DNA of 33,612 nucleotides, taken from positions 1 through 33,612 of the IMG/VR virus record IMGVR_UViG_3300025645_000240; one strand, written 5' to 3'. Made by a program: the position numbers and the translations under genes. The notes under the pieces were generated by a model. That model did not search any database. It was not told where the DNA came from and saw nothing but the letters and a program-made list of their open reading frames with translations. This DNA comes from a virus. Its lineage: Duplodnaviria; Caudoviricetes. Numbering within the stretch: the first letter of the stretch is position 1; each line of letters starts with the position of its first letter. Of this stretch, positions 1-8,696 are shown one piece after another.

Positions 1-370
1 GTTCGATCGCTTGCACTAAACCAGCACTCCAGTCAGGCGCAAACCCTAACGCAGCCAACAACTCTTCAGTCGTGATAGATGCACGACCTGTTGCTGCTAG
101 GCTTGCTTGGGCAGTAGTAGGCAAGCGGCTGTCTGTTACCGCAAAGTAGTCGTAAGCTTTGCTAATGTCGGACGCGGTCAACATTGCGCCACAAATTGAC
201 TGACGAACAGTTGCAGGATCATCGTCTAAATCCAAGATGCACCAGCCTTCGTTGGTTACTGGGCCATCCCAGCTAGCCCCACTGACAATAGCTTTGCCAG
301 CATGGACACCGTCTTGCAGCGCGGCACAAACAACGCCGTCAGGAGTATGTGTAACTAGTTGAGTTGGCAT
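1..370 (-). CDS. Hypothetical (probably structural) protein, 3' end beyond window edge
   Basis: Not in the ORF track. ATG at 370 overlaps the upstream TGA (TGATG) and the frame is open to base 1: MPTQLVTHTPDGVVCAALQDG...LGFAPDWSAGLVQAIE. Confidence 0.8.
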   Translation of the reverse strand, partial: MPTQLVTHTPDGVVCAALQDGVHAGKAIVSGASWDGPVTNEGWCILDLDDDPATVRQSICGAMLTASDISKAYDYFAVTDSRLPTTAQASLAATGRASITTEELLAALGFAPDWSAGLVQAIE

Positions 371-792
371 CACGCGAGTGTGAAGATTCCCGCATCGTTC
401 ATTGTGATTGTCAATGTATTACCGGTCGTGGTGCTCACGTCGGCTGGCGAGGAATCCAGCAAGCAGTAGCACAGAAACTTGCCGCTGTTTTCATAGATGG
501 CTGCATAGCGTGCGACGATCGAACCTCCGCTGGCCGTCCATACAATTGACACAGAGTTGTCAACCTTCACAGTAGTTGTGCCGCTTAAAGCCAACTGGTT
601 GATGGTGATCCCACCTCGCGTGTAACCGTAGGCTGTAGCCACCTCGTTTGTTGTGGTGTATGTCGTTGCTGCTGCTGCCGACCAACTAGATGTGTATAGA
701 GCAATCTTGAACGTGTCTGAGTCCAAGTCAAAAGAGCCATCAAGAAGAGATGTTCTTGAGGCGTTAGTAAAAGTCCAAGGTCCAGCAGCCAT
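370..792 (-). CDS. Putative virion structural protein (140 aa, Thr-rich)
   Basis: DLDSDTFKIALYTSS...GYTRGG...LTITMNDAGIFTL pattern typical of phage tail-associated beta-rich proteins; lies in the late operon. Confidence 0.75.
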   Translation of the reverse strand: MAAGPWTFTNASRTSLLDGSFDLDSDTFKIALYTSSWSAAAATTYTTTNEVATAYGYTRGGITINQLALSGTTTVKVDNSVSIVWTASGGSIVARYAAIYENSGKFLCYCLLDSSPADVSTTTGNTLTITMNDAGIFTLA

Positions 793-797
793 AAGTA

Positions 798-1472
798 TTA
801 GGTAGTGTTAACTGTGAAAGTAGCGACCTCATTCATAGTCCCGCTACCAGTTCGTTTGTGAAGTCGAAGAGTCCAGTTTGATGGCTCGCTTGATGCCAAC
901 CATGACACTGCGACGTTTGTAGCCCTCATGCTCGCAGCAACAGGAACACCAATGTTCCCCGGCTCTAGAGTGACCCCCGTGCCTGTCTTCAGGTCGATGG
1001 TTGTCGCAGTGCCGCTAGCATTTGTGCCTGTCAATACAACCGAGCAGACTTCAGCACCTATGTAGTCGCGAGAGTCTAGATCGGTGGTCTTGGCAAGTAG
1101 ACCAACAATGAAGTCAGAGATCGTTGTCTTTGAAAACGTGTCAGTGTTGGTGCCATACAGCAGTTGGTTTGCTGCGATGCCATTGCTAGAGATGCTTGTC
1201 AAAGTGTCGTCAAGCTTTTGGGCATCTAGCAGCGTTCGCTGATCGCTAGGATCAGATGCTTGGATCAAGTCTAAGCCAATGTCGCTAGCTCTGATTTCAT
1301 CCTTTCGGATCTTAACTAGCTCAACTGGATTAGGAGGCCGCTTTGCGCCAGACCTGCTGCGGTCGGGCTTACCCCTTCTGGGGTTGTCGCCCATTTTGCG
1401 ATCAGGGATGCTACGAGATGCCCCTGTCCGGCTACGGTCTGGCTGGCCTTGGCGTTCTCGTGTAGGTCTCAT
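798..1472 (-). CDS. Putative tail-fibre-like protein with Arg-rich N-terminus
   Basis: Central segment LDDTLTSIS...ANQLLYGTNTDTFSKTTISDF...SRDYIGA resembles tail-fibre shaft repeats; TAATG coupling to the upstream gene. Confidence 0.6.
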   Translation of the reverse strand: MRPTRERQGQPDRSRTGASRSIPDRKMGDNPRRGKPDRSRSGAKRPPNPVELVKIRKDEIRASDIGLDLIQASDPSDQRTLLDAQKLDDTLTSISSNGIAANQLLYGTNTDTFSKTTISDFIVGLLAKTTDLDSRDYIGAEVCSVVLTGTNASGTATTIDLKTGTGVTLEPGNIGVPVAASMRATNVAVSWLASSEPSNWTLRLHKRTGSGTMNEVATFTVNTT

Positions 1473-1963
1473 TAGACAGATGCTACAAACACTTCAAGGT
1501 CGCAAGGGGCGGTGTTTGCCAAGGCGGTGACATCCACCAAGTCTTCAAGCGCAACAGTTAGCGCAGACGTGTTCGCGTCCATCGTGTCAACCGCACCACC
1601 AGCCATGTCGCACGGGTAGATGAACGAGTTCTTGGCATCAAGCTTCATTGCAAACTCGTGGTTGCCCTCGCTCTTGAACGTAAGCGTGACAAAGTTTGTG
1701 TCGTCCTTATTGGTGATGCGGATGTAGCGAACAGATGACTCGGTAAACAAACCTGCGACGTAAGACTTGGACAGGTCGGTCTGGATCGTTGCGCCCATCG
1801 CAAGCAAGCCGGTCTCTGCATCGGGGATCGTGACGATCCGCTTTACAACCTCATTCACGCTTGCCACGGTGAATGAGTTGTTTGACCCTTGGTCATAACC
1901 GTTGAGGGTCACAGACTCCGTGATAGTGACGGTCAATGTCGCCGCCGTGATTGTTGATGTCAT
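1472..1963 (-). CDS. Putative virion structural protein (163 aa)
   Basis: Thr/Val-rich beta-type sequence; GAGGAGG SD-like motif upstream; directly follows the portal. Confidence 0.7.
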   Translation of the reverse strand: MTSTITAATLTVTITESVTLNGYDQGSNNSFTVASVNEVVKRIVTIPDAETGLLAMGATIQTDLSKSYVAGLFTESSVRYIRITNKDDTNFVTLTFKSEGNHEFAMKLDAKNSFIYPCDMAGGAVDTMDANTSALTVALEDLVDVTALANTAPCDLEVFVASV

Positions 1964-1964
1964 A

Positions 1965-3701
1965 TTAGAGAACCTCCTCTGCCCCAGGCTCTACGCCTGA
2001 TGTCAATGCGTCTGCTACCGGGTTTCGCTCATCGGTCTTGACTGACCCCATGTCCTTCGCAGCCGACGCCTGATCCTTGCTCAATGCAGCTTGCGCCTGC
2101 GCTGCTTCAGCTTGCGCCCTCGCCTTCCTAAGAGCATTCACATCCGCTTCCGGCACAATCAAGTCCGTGTCAATACCAAGCATCATGCTGTATTGATCCG
2201 TCCACTTATCAAAGTTGACCTTGTCTAAGACATCAGGACGAATCTGCGATATCTGCATCACGTTGCCCATGAACCGGTCAACACTGTTGCTACCCACCGC
2301 ACGCTGCGCTTGTGCCAGTATTGACACGAACTCGATTGTGAGATCCTGACCGGCCAACTCATCTGGTGGCGGCGGCAGCATCCCTGCTTCCATCATGCTG
2401 TCGAAAGTGATGTCGATAAGCGGCTGCAACATCTCATTGTGCAATCGCTCCAACACCGGGCCAAGTGCCAGCAACTTCTCTTCATGCCTCTCAGCAACCT
2501 CGGTCGCAGTCATGCGCGTGTTCGGGCCAGCCATCGACAGCATCAAGAACAAGTCCGCATAGAACGATGACCGGATGCGCTCACGCACATCTTGGATGTC
2601 AGCCAACAGGTGGTTGAGATCAATGTTGACATCGAATGCAGACCGCACACCACCACCAGCAGTGACTTGGTCATACGGAAGCATGGTGCCTGGATCGACA
2701 TAGTTGAGGCCGCCAGGAAACAGCTCGCTCTCGCGATCCTTTAGCTGGCTTGGCACCTGCAACGGTGGCCGCACCATGTAGTCGATGCCCTGCCCCTTGC
2801 GAAGCTGCTCTTGCTGCAACTGACGCACGTCTCCGAGTGCCTCCATGCCTGGGCTTGTGCCATACACATCGCCGCCAGCCACAGACCATCGAGGTGCAAG
2901 CACCGGGAACCGCTTGAATCCCGACTCGCGCAACAGCTTGTCATCGTCGCCGCCCATCTCCATGTAGCAAGACTTGAACGGCATGTGTTCCGACGAAGGG
3001 TTGTCAGGATCACGCTCCTGGTCCGCTCGCGGCTCAATCACATGCAGGATCTTCACAGCGTTCTCTAGCTGCCGCGACTTCCACTGGTCGCGCACCGCCA
3101 CCGAGCAATTCTTGAGGCCGAACTCCTTGACCGTCTCGCCGACCGTCTTCTCAAACTCGCGGTAGCAACCGATGATGTTGCCTTGATAGTCCTGCTGCAA
3201 CGCATACTCGCCGCACACTACCGGGTAGTGGTGAATCACGTTGTTGAAGTCAGGCAACACAATCGACACCGATGTGCCAAACGTGCCTAGCTCTTCATAC
3301 ATCTGGTGAAGCGCGCGATAGGTGTTGCTCTTCGAGAACACACGCTGCATGCGCTCTACGCAATCATCAAGCCAACTCCTGACCGGATGATACTTGCCGA
3401 GGTCGGGATCGGATGTGGTGAGCTTGAACCACGGGCGGCCTGGGTTGGTGGCACCAGCCTGCATGCCAGCACCAAGTGTGCGAAGCGCGCGGGTCGCAGT
3501 GTTGTCGTAGATCTTGTTGTATCGATCTGAGCCAGTGCGGTTGCGGTCACTCGTAAAGAAGCGACCGTTGCGCGGCAGGATGTGCTTGCTCAGGTCTGTC
3601 CAGTGTGTGACCCATGAGCTGCGATCCTTCTTGAGCGCACCATGCCTCGCAATGAATGCCTCGCGCTTATCCCGGTCACTTGAAAAGTCGTATGGTCGCA
3701 T
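1965..3701 (-). CDS. Portal / head-to-tail connector protein (podovirus type)
   Basis: 578 aa with GATNPGRPWF, YGTSPGMEALGD, MTATEVAERHEEKLLALGPVLERL and IEFVSILAQAQR motifs of T7 gp8/BPP-1-like portals. Confidence 0.96.
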   Translation of the reverse strand: MRPYDFSSDRDKREAFIARHGALKKDRSSWVTHWTDLSKHILPRNGRFFTSDRNRTGSDRYNKIYDNTATRALRTLGAGMQAGATNPGRPWFKLTTSDPDLGKYHPVRSWLDDCVERMQRVFSKSNTYRALHQMYEELGTFGTSVSIVLPDFNNVIHHYPVVCGEYALQQDYQGNIIGCYREFEKTVGETVKEFGLKNCSVAVRDQWKSRQLENAVKILHVIEPRADQERDPDNPSSEHMPFKSCYMEMGGDDDKLLRESGFKRFPVLAPRWSVAGGDVYGTSPGMEALGDVRQLQQEQLRKGQGIDYMVRPPLQVPSQLKDRESELFPGGLNYVDPGTMLPYDQVTAGGGVRSAFDVNIDLNHLLADIQDVRERIRSSFYADLFLMLSMAGPNTRMTATEVAERHEEKLLALGPVLERLHNEMLQPLIDITFDSMMEAGMLPPPPDELAGQDLTIEFVSILAQAQRAVGSNSVDRFMGNVMQISQIRPDVLDKVNFDKWTDQYSMMLGIDTDLIVPEADVNALRKARAQAEAAQAQAALSKDQASAAKDMGSVKTDERNPVADALTSGVEPGAEEVL

Positions 3702-3703
3702 GC

Positions 3704-4024
3704 CTAGCCTAATGTGGATCGATTGCCCAACAGGTTGTCTTGCCCAGCACCTCTTGTGCCAGTGAGAAGCGAAGACCCCGCTCCCTGCTGGGCAGACATT
3801 GCCGCTTGAGAAAGGTATCGGTCTGAGCCGCTTACCTTTTGGTTTGCCTTCTTTTTCTCCATCTGAGCAAGGCGGTCGTTAGTGATCTGCTTACTTGCAG
3901 CTTTTTGTTGCGACCGCTCTTGAGCAAGGAGCTGCTTCTTAGCTATCTTTTTCTGCTGTTCGCCCTGGTAGATCGATGCGCCAATAGCGACCGTAGAGAT
4001 TATTGCGATTGCTGCCATGCTCAT
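3704..4024 (-). CDS. Small virion protein (T7 gp7.3-like position), 106 aa
   Basis: Likely start is ATG at 4024 (ATGA overlap, GGAG SD), not 4111. Hydrophobic N-terminus, Q/K coiled region and C-terminal SLLTG..G...LG; immediately upstream of the portal. Confidence 0.75.
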   Translation of the reverse strand: MSMAAIAIISTVAIGASIYQGEQQKKIAKKQLLAQERSQQKAASKQITNDRLAQMEKKKANQKVSGSDRYLSQAAMSAQQGAGSSLLTGTRGAGQDNLLGNRSTLG

Positions 4025-4518
4025 TCGGAAAGCTCCTTGTAAGTTGTCACCGTCATTGCCTCGACGATCTCGTCCGGGTCGGTTAGATCCGTGACATGCA
4101 CGGTGACCCATTTGGTTTCAGTGTGTGTGTAAAGCACGCGCTTGGTGCCGGGTTTAGTGATGCCGTAGTGCGGTGCCTCGATGCGCTGCACACCATCCTC
4201 GGTCATCACGCTAACAGTGCCCTCAAGCACAAAGAACGGATGAGCAAACTTGTGAAGGCGGCTGATAGTGAATACGCCAGCAGGACAGAGCCACTCGCGC
4301 ACATAGCAACCGTCACCCCACGAGTTGGTGATCGGTGACAGCTCTTCGGTCTCCTTGCCGACCAACACCTCGCCCGAATCGATTAGCTGTTTCTCAAGCT
4401 CCTCGACGTTGCCTCGAAACTCTGCCACGCTGTATTGCGGCCAAGGCTCACCGGTCTCCAGGCTGGCAATCTCTTGCCAATCCCACAGCGTGAGTCCTCC
4501 GTATTCGTTTGGCATCAT
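4021..4518 (-). CDS. Cupin-fold (double-stranded beta-helix) protein
   Basis: GCYVREWLCPAG...LHKFAHPFFVLEGTVSV...PGTKR...WVTVH matches the phage cupin pattern with candidate metal-binding His residues. Confidence 0.75.
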   Translation of the reverse strand: MMPNEYGGLTLWDWQEIASLETGEPWPQYSVAEFRGNVEELEKQLIDSGEVLVGKETEELSPITNSWGDGCYVREWLCPAGVFTISRLHKFAHPFFVLEGTVSVMTEDGVQRIEAPHYGITKPGTKRVLYTHTETKWVTVHVTDLTDPDEIVEAMTVTTYKELSE

Positions 4519-4982
4519 ATGCTCCTGCTGTAGGTGATGTAGTCCACTTCATAACCCGCCTTGTCCATGACGTGCGCCATTGATGTTCCTGGCTTTGCTC
4601 GCCAGGACATCATCTTTGCACCCTGCCTTCTAACCGCCGACTCTGTCGCCAGAATCAAACGAGATCCAAGACCACCTCCTCGATACTCTTTCTGCAAGAA
4701 CAGCGCGCTGTTGACTCCAACAAGCACAGTGTCCGAGTGAATGGGATTGTATAGAACGGTCACGCTGAAGCCGACAATCGCCCAGTCGCGAGTGGCGATC
4801 AAGACCACTAGCTCATGGTCCGACTCCAGCTCATGGTATGTGGACCAATCGATGCTCAAGTCAAAACGGCTGTCGCCCTCAACCTCTAGCCACAGTTCTT
4901 CGGCTAGGTTGCCGATGCCTGCACATAGGTCATCAACCGAGCATTCGGTTATCTTGACTTGCTTGTCCCGCTGGGTCCGCAT
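4515..4982 (-). CDS. GNAT-family acetyltransferase
   Basis: Acetyl-CoA motif A LFLQKEYRGGGLGSRLI and motif B MDKAGY. Confidence 0.88.
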   Translation of the reverse strand: MRTQRDKQVKITECSVDDLCAGIGNLAEELWLEVEGDSRFDLSIDWSTYHELESDHELVVLIATRDWAIVGFSVTVLYNPIHSDTVLVGVNSALFLQKEYRGGGLGSRLILATESAVRRQGAKMMSWRAKPGTSMAHVMDKAGYEVDYITYSRSI

Positions 4983-4998
4983 GCTGTCAGCCTACCTT
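4983..4998 (-). promoter_or_regulatory. Putative -10 element for leaderless GNAT transcript
   Basis: AAGG-TAGGCT-N6-ATG, with no SD at normal spacing; same geometry as at four other gene starts. Confidence 0.45.
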
Positions 4999-5005
4999 GG
5001 TCAAG

Positions 5006-6526
5006 CTAGATGTCTGAATAAGGATCATATTCCCGCGTCTTTCTGTTTGATGCGCCGAGGGCTAGCATGGCGTTCCGCTTGGGTGTATCGAGCAGGCCCA
5101 GGATGTATGCCGATGCGTAGTCAGGTGACTTGCCGAGCTTGTCCATAATCTCCTGGCGACCCTGCACCTGGATCGCACTGCCGGTCAGTTTCCACTTGGG
5201 CGTGCATAGGTCGGCTAGCAGGTTCTTGTCAGGTGGCAGGCAGATGCCAGTGTTGGCGTTGGGGTCGAGTGCCTCGCGCATCCTCCACCACAACTCGCTG
5301 CGCCAGTTTCTGAACTGCACCCGCCCATCCTTGGCGATGCCGCGCGCTGGCTCGCCGACATTGCACCCGATGACCTGCTGCCCCACACCCATCAAGTGGC
5401 CGAACGGTTGCGCGCCCACCCCGAACAGGTCGATGTGGATCACCGCCTTGTCACGCACCGCCGCCACGACATAGCCAGCGATGGTCGCACCATCCGGGCA
5501 CTGGTCGCCGCGATACACGATCGGCTTGTCAAACCACATGCCGTGCCGCCTCGCTATCACAGTGTTGTCCGCACCTCGCATCGCGACATCGACACCAACG
5601 CTGTCCATCACTGGCAGCTTGATCTGTGATGTCCATCGTGCCATCGCCGCCTCAACCCAGGCGGTGGGTATGACCTGCCAAGGATCATCCTCGACCCCAG
5701 CATGGAAGTCACCGTAGAGAAGCTGCGATCTCAGTGGCTCCGGCATCGACTGCAACTGGCGCAGGTAGCCGGTGCCCATCAGATACGGATTGTCCGTGAT
5801 CCTGCTCGGCACGAACGTGCGGCTGGTCGGCGTGATGGTCTCGCCGTCGTGGTCGAATGGCGTGCTGTCCTCGACCTCTAGCTCGACACCATCCTTGGTC
5901 GCGAACCATCGCAGCTCGCCGGGTTGCGCCGGGTTCGGATGCTTCTTGTCGAGCCATGGCCCGAAGTAGTTGAGGATCCATCGACCCTCGACTGAGGTTG
6001 GCGGGTTGAAGCACAGCAGCGCGCGGCACCGTTGGTTGGGATCGGTCGTGCGAAGCCAGCCCATCAGAAACTTGACCGACAGCTCGCGCATCTCGGCGGC
6101 CTCGTCAAAGATCAGCAGGTCGTGCGGCCTGCCTCGATATCGCTGCTCCATCCCTGGTGCAGGGAAGCTGCCCAACTCAATCTGCATCGGCTCGCCATCG
6201 AATCGCGACATGCGCCAGATCTTGTCGCTGCCGTTGTATGCATCGCGCGACCCAACAATCGCTGCGATGTCATCATTGATGGCGGTCAGCTCGGTGCCGT
6301 TCTGCCGGAAGATCGCGATGCGCTTGTGTCTGGTGAGTGACAGGCCAATCGCGAGGTGCGTCTTGCCACCGCCAGCCGCGCCACCATACCCCACGACATC
6401 TGCTTCGCTTTCGTATGCCATCGACTGCGGGCCGGGCAGTGGTGTCCATGGCTCGGGAGTCGCTATCAGGCGGTCCAGCTCGGCGCGCTCATCATCAGTC
6501 AGCCTCGACAGATCGATGTCATTCAT
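5006..6526 (-). CDS. terL: Terminase large subunit
   Basis: Walker A GGAAGGGKT, Walker B LLIFDEA, coupling motif FNPP, RNase H-like nuclease GVDVA...D...SPD. Confidence 0.96.
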   Translation of the reverse strand: MNDIDLSRLTDDERAELDRLIATPEPWTPLPGPQSMAYESEADVVGYGGAAGGGKTHLAIGLSLTRHKRIAIFRQNGTELTAINDDIAAIVGSRDAYNGSDKIWRMSRFDGEPMQIELGSFPAPGMEQRYRGRPHDLLIFDEAAEMRELSVKFLMGWLRTTDPNQRCRALLCFNPPTSVEGRWILNYFGPWLDKKHPNPAQPGELRWFATKDGVELEVEDSTPFDHDGETITPTSRTFVPSRITDNPYLMGTGYLRQLQSMPEPLRSQLLYGDFHAGVEDDPWQVIPTAWVEAAMARWTSQIKLPVMDSVGVDVAMRGADNTVIARRHGMWFDKPIVYRGDQCPDGATIAGYVVAAVRDKAVIHIDLFGVGAQPFGHLMGVGQQVIGCNVGEPARGIAKDGRVQFRNWRSELWWRMREALDPNANTGICLPPDKNLLADLCTPKWKLTGSAIQVQGRQEIMDKLGKSPDYASAYILGLLDTPKRNAMLALGASNRKTREYDPYSDI

Positions 6527-7052
6527 CTACGCCCTCGCGATCATGAGGTGCCCAAACCTCGCCATCCGATGACACGCTGGAGTCGATGGCCTCACTACCC
6601 TCGATGTCTTCCTCGACCTGCAACACTGGCTTCGCCTTGTCGAGCAATTGCTGGATGCGCTTGGTGCGCTCCAGGTCGGTCATCTCGATGGCTGGCAAAT
6701 CAGCCGCACCACCAAGCTGCACCTTCGATCCATACCTGCCAGGGTTGTTCCACACGAGACGCTTCTCGCGCGCCCAGCACTGCAACTTGCGATGGTTCAC
6801 GTCCTGCTCTAGATCGGTTGGAGTGTCTGCGATGTCCATGATCTCATCCTCTAGCATTTGAGCTGCACACTCTTTCGCGCGTGCGAGGCGTTCAGAAAGA
6901 GAGGGATCATCGTTCACCCAGCTATAGATTGAAGCGGGCGCAATCTTGTGTTCACGACAGAACGCGCGAATCGTTCGAGCCTCGCTCACCCATTGCAGCA
7001 GAGCCTCATCGAGTTCTGCTGTTCGCTTCGTTGGTCTTCCAATCTTCTTCAT
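6519..7052 (-). CDS. terS: Terminase small subunit (Sf6-like)
   Basis: N-terminal GRPTK plus HTH (IRAFCREHKIAPASIYSWV), helical oligomerisation region and P..YG motif; overlaps the terL start. Confidence 0.88.
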   Translation of the reverse strand: MKKIGRPTKRTAELDEALLQWVSEARTIRAFCREHKIAPASIYSWVNDDPSLSERLARAKECAAQMLEDEIMDIADTPTDLEQDVNHRKLQCWAREKRLVWNNPGRYGSKVQLGGAADLPAIEMTDLERTKRIQQLLDKAKPVLQVEEDIEGSEAIDSSVSSDGEVWAPHDREGVDE

Positions 7053-7450
7053 AGCTCGCGTGTCATCTGCAACATCACAACCTGATTATCGTTTGCGTAT
7101 GCGATGGATTGCAACCCATCGAGAATGCCTTCTTGCAAGTTCTGGAGATCACGCTTGCGACCGGTCTTGCCCTTCGGCCTTTCGCCCATCGCCCACACCT
7201 CGACAAGCACAGTGTCATCTGGAACACGATGCTTGATGATCACTCCAATGTCTTGATCGCCAAACAGTGTGCCGTCAGGCGCGCGCTCATGATCTTCAGC
7301 GGCTTCAAGTGCAGCGGCTTTGATCTGCGCCATCGAAACCATAGCTCGCTTGCTTGGCAGGCTAGTGATCGCGCGACCTCGCCGAATGAGTCGGCGTGAG
7401 TTCTTCGTTGATGCGGGCACGGGGATCACAAAACGCAGGTATCTCTTCAT
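7049..7450 (-). CDS. RusA-like Holliday junction resolvase (divergent active site)
   Basis: PVPASTKN at the N-terminus and RKRDLQNLQEGILDGL...NDNQVV align with RusA RRRDLDNLQKAAFDAL...DDAQVV. Confidence 0.8.
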   Translation of the reverse strand: MKRYLRFVIPVPASTKNSRRLIRRGRAITSLPSKRAMVSMAQIKAAALEAAEDHERAPDGTLFGDQDIGVIIKHRVPDDTVLVEVWAMGERPKGKTGRKRDLQNLQEGILDGLQSIAYANDNQVVMLQMTREL

Positions 7451-7674
7451 GTCTTCTTCGATCGTTGATGAGCATTTGTCCGCTGCTCAGTGTCCTCTCG
7501 GTAGATCGCGCTGAGTCGCGCCTTCAAGTTGTCTACCCACTCTTCCATCTTTGCCTTCTGCCAGGATCGCGGCTCGCGCTCGATGGCTAGCGTGATTTCG
7601 AGTATCTCCTCGCAGATCCTGAGTGCATCCTGCTGCCTGCGGTATCTTGACGCGCTCATCTTAGTCACAGGCAC
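7447..7674 (-). CDS. Hypothetical protein (first gene of the leftward operon)
   Basis: Helical 75 aa ORF whose stop overlaps the RusA-like ATG; start is GTG 7674 or ATG 7659. Confidence 0.65.
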   Translation of the reverse strand: MPVTKMSASRYRRQQDALRICEEILEITLAIEREPRSWQKAKMEEWVDNLKARLSAIYREDTEQRTNAHQRSKKT

Positions 7675-7690
7675 AACCTCACTATCAGAT

Positions 7691-7877
7691 GGTTCCCGGT
7701 CCCCTTCTCCCCCTTTAGGGGGAGAGAAGGAGGAACCGGGGGAACCACCCGATCGAGTGGTGTTGACGAACTGGTTCCTGGTGCTGGGGAACCGGAAAGG
7801 AACCAGCGGAACCAGCGGAACCGCTCCGCCACCAGCCGGTTCCCAGCCAATCGGTGGTTCCGGGGGTATTGGGAACC
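7691..7877. repeat. GGAACC/GGTTCC iteron-like cluster with long imperfect palindrome (candidate origin of replication)
   Basis: 11 copies in 187 bp: GGTTCC at 7691, 7773, 7838, 7856; GGAACC at 7732, 7741, 7788, 7799, 7808, 7817, 7872. Includes tandem GGAACCAGC and an imperfect inverted repeat at 7691-7746. Confidence 0.8.
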
Positions 7878-7993
7878 ACTTTTTTGTCTCATCTGAAACA
7901 TGCTGTAGAATGCCACTGAAGCCATTTAACGGGCGATTGGCTCATTTAGCGAGCGTGATCCCTCAAGTTTCTGAACAGTTTTATCGATAAGGG

Positions 7994-8029
7994 GCTTGTT
8001 CCACTTGGAACAGATGTTACGGTTCAGGC
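7994..8029 (+). promoter_or_regulatory. Early promoter P1 with palindromic operator
   Basis: -35 TTGTTC (7996), 16-nt spacer, TG-n-TACGGT (-10 at 8018); perfect inverted repeat TGTTCCA-CT-TGGAACA at 7997-8012; ATG follows 6 nt after the -10. Confidence 0.75.
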
Positions 8030-8182
8030 ATGAAGAGTTCAGCAAACGAATCAAACCCACCTTGCAGCAGTTGCGGCGGCAAGCTCACTCAGTTCGATCT
8101 TGATGGCAGCCTGAGCGAGCTGGGCCTCACCGCCCACGAAGCCATCTGTGGCACCTGCTACGCCAAGCACTACGAAAACTAA
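8030..8182 (+). CDS. Small Cys4 zinc-finger protein (50 aa), leaderless
   Basis: Below the track cutoff. MKSSANESNPPCSSCGGK...EAICGTCYAKHYEN*. Confidence 0.75.
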   Translation: MKSSANESNPPCSSCGGKLTQFDLDGSLSELGLTAHEAICGTCYAKHYEN

Positions 8183-8207
8183 CTCAACCAACTAGGAGAA
8201 CAGAACG

Positions 8208-8468
8208 ATGACCGACCAAACAGAAAAGCAATTAGTCAAGCTGGCAAAGCGAGCGCGTGCCACGGCAGCCAAGAAGTATGGCGATGCGATGCGTCGCGGA
8301 TACCTGACGCAGACTGTCTACGATCAGCTAGAACTCGCCGAGGCCGCGCTCTTGATCAACCAGCAAGCCGGGGCGAAATACGCCGCTGCGAGCGAATTGA
8401 TCGGCGAAGTCGTAAACCAACAATGGAACGAGGCCTGCGACAAGGCCATCGCTTCATCTAACCCATGA
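8208..8468 (+). CDS. Hypothetical early protein (86 aa, helical)
   Basis: GGAG SD upstream; ATGA coupling to the next ORF. Confidence 0.75.
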   Translation: MTDQTEKQLVKLAKRARATAAKKYGDAMRRGYLTQTVYDQLELAEAALLINQQAGAKYAAASELIGEVVNQQWNEACDKAIASSNP

Positions 8469-8653
8469 CCAACCCACTCTACTACCTAACCGAACTGAGC
8501 GCATGCTGCACGGCTCTCACTGATTCTGACGTGATGATTTGCAGCGCATGCGGCGAGCATTGCGAACTACTCCCAACCGACGAAGCCGACCTAGAAGACC
8601 GGTTCCTGGTGATTCCCGAGAACGATCAGGAATCGAGTTCTGCAACTTTTTGA
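8465..8653 (+). CDS. Small zinc-ribbon protein (62 aa) with acidic tail
   Basis: SACC...ICSACGEHC pattern; coupled start. Confidence 0.7.
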   Translation: MTNPLYYLTELSACCTALTDSDVMICSACGEHCELLPTDEADLEDRFLVIPENDQESSSATF

Positions 8654-8660
8654 ACACTAA

Positions 8661-8696
8661 GCTTGTTTCATTCGGAACAGTCGCTATCATTCATTC
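8661..8696 (+). promoter_or_regulatory. Early promoter P2 with operator
   Basis: -35 TTGTTT (8663), 16-nt spacer, -10 TATCAT (8685); operator TGTTTC-ATTC-GGAACA at 8664-8679; ATG 6 nt after the -10. Confidence 0.75.

Noticed and set aside
7691-7877. CRISPR array, or coding ORFs 7529..7990 (+) and 7665..7925 (-)
   Set aside because: Repeats are 6-9 bp, irregularly spaced and in both orientations; the translated frames are low-complexity products of the repeats.
7997-8012. Known LexA/SOS box
   Set aside because: Geometry is TGTTC-N6-GAACA, which differs from GAAC-N4-GTTC, CTGT-N8-ACAG and TGTTC-N4-GAACA boxes; not assignable.
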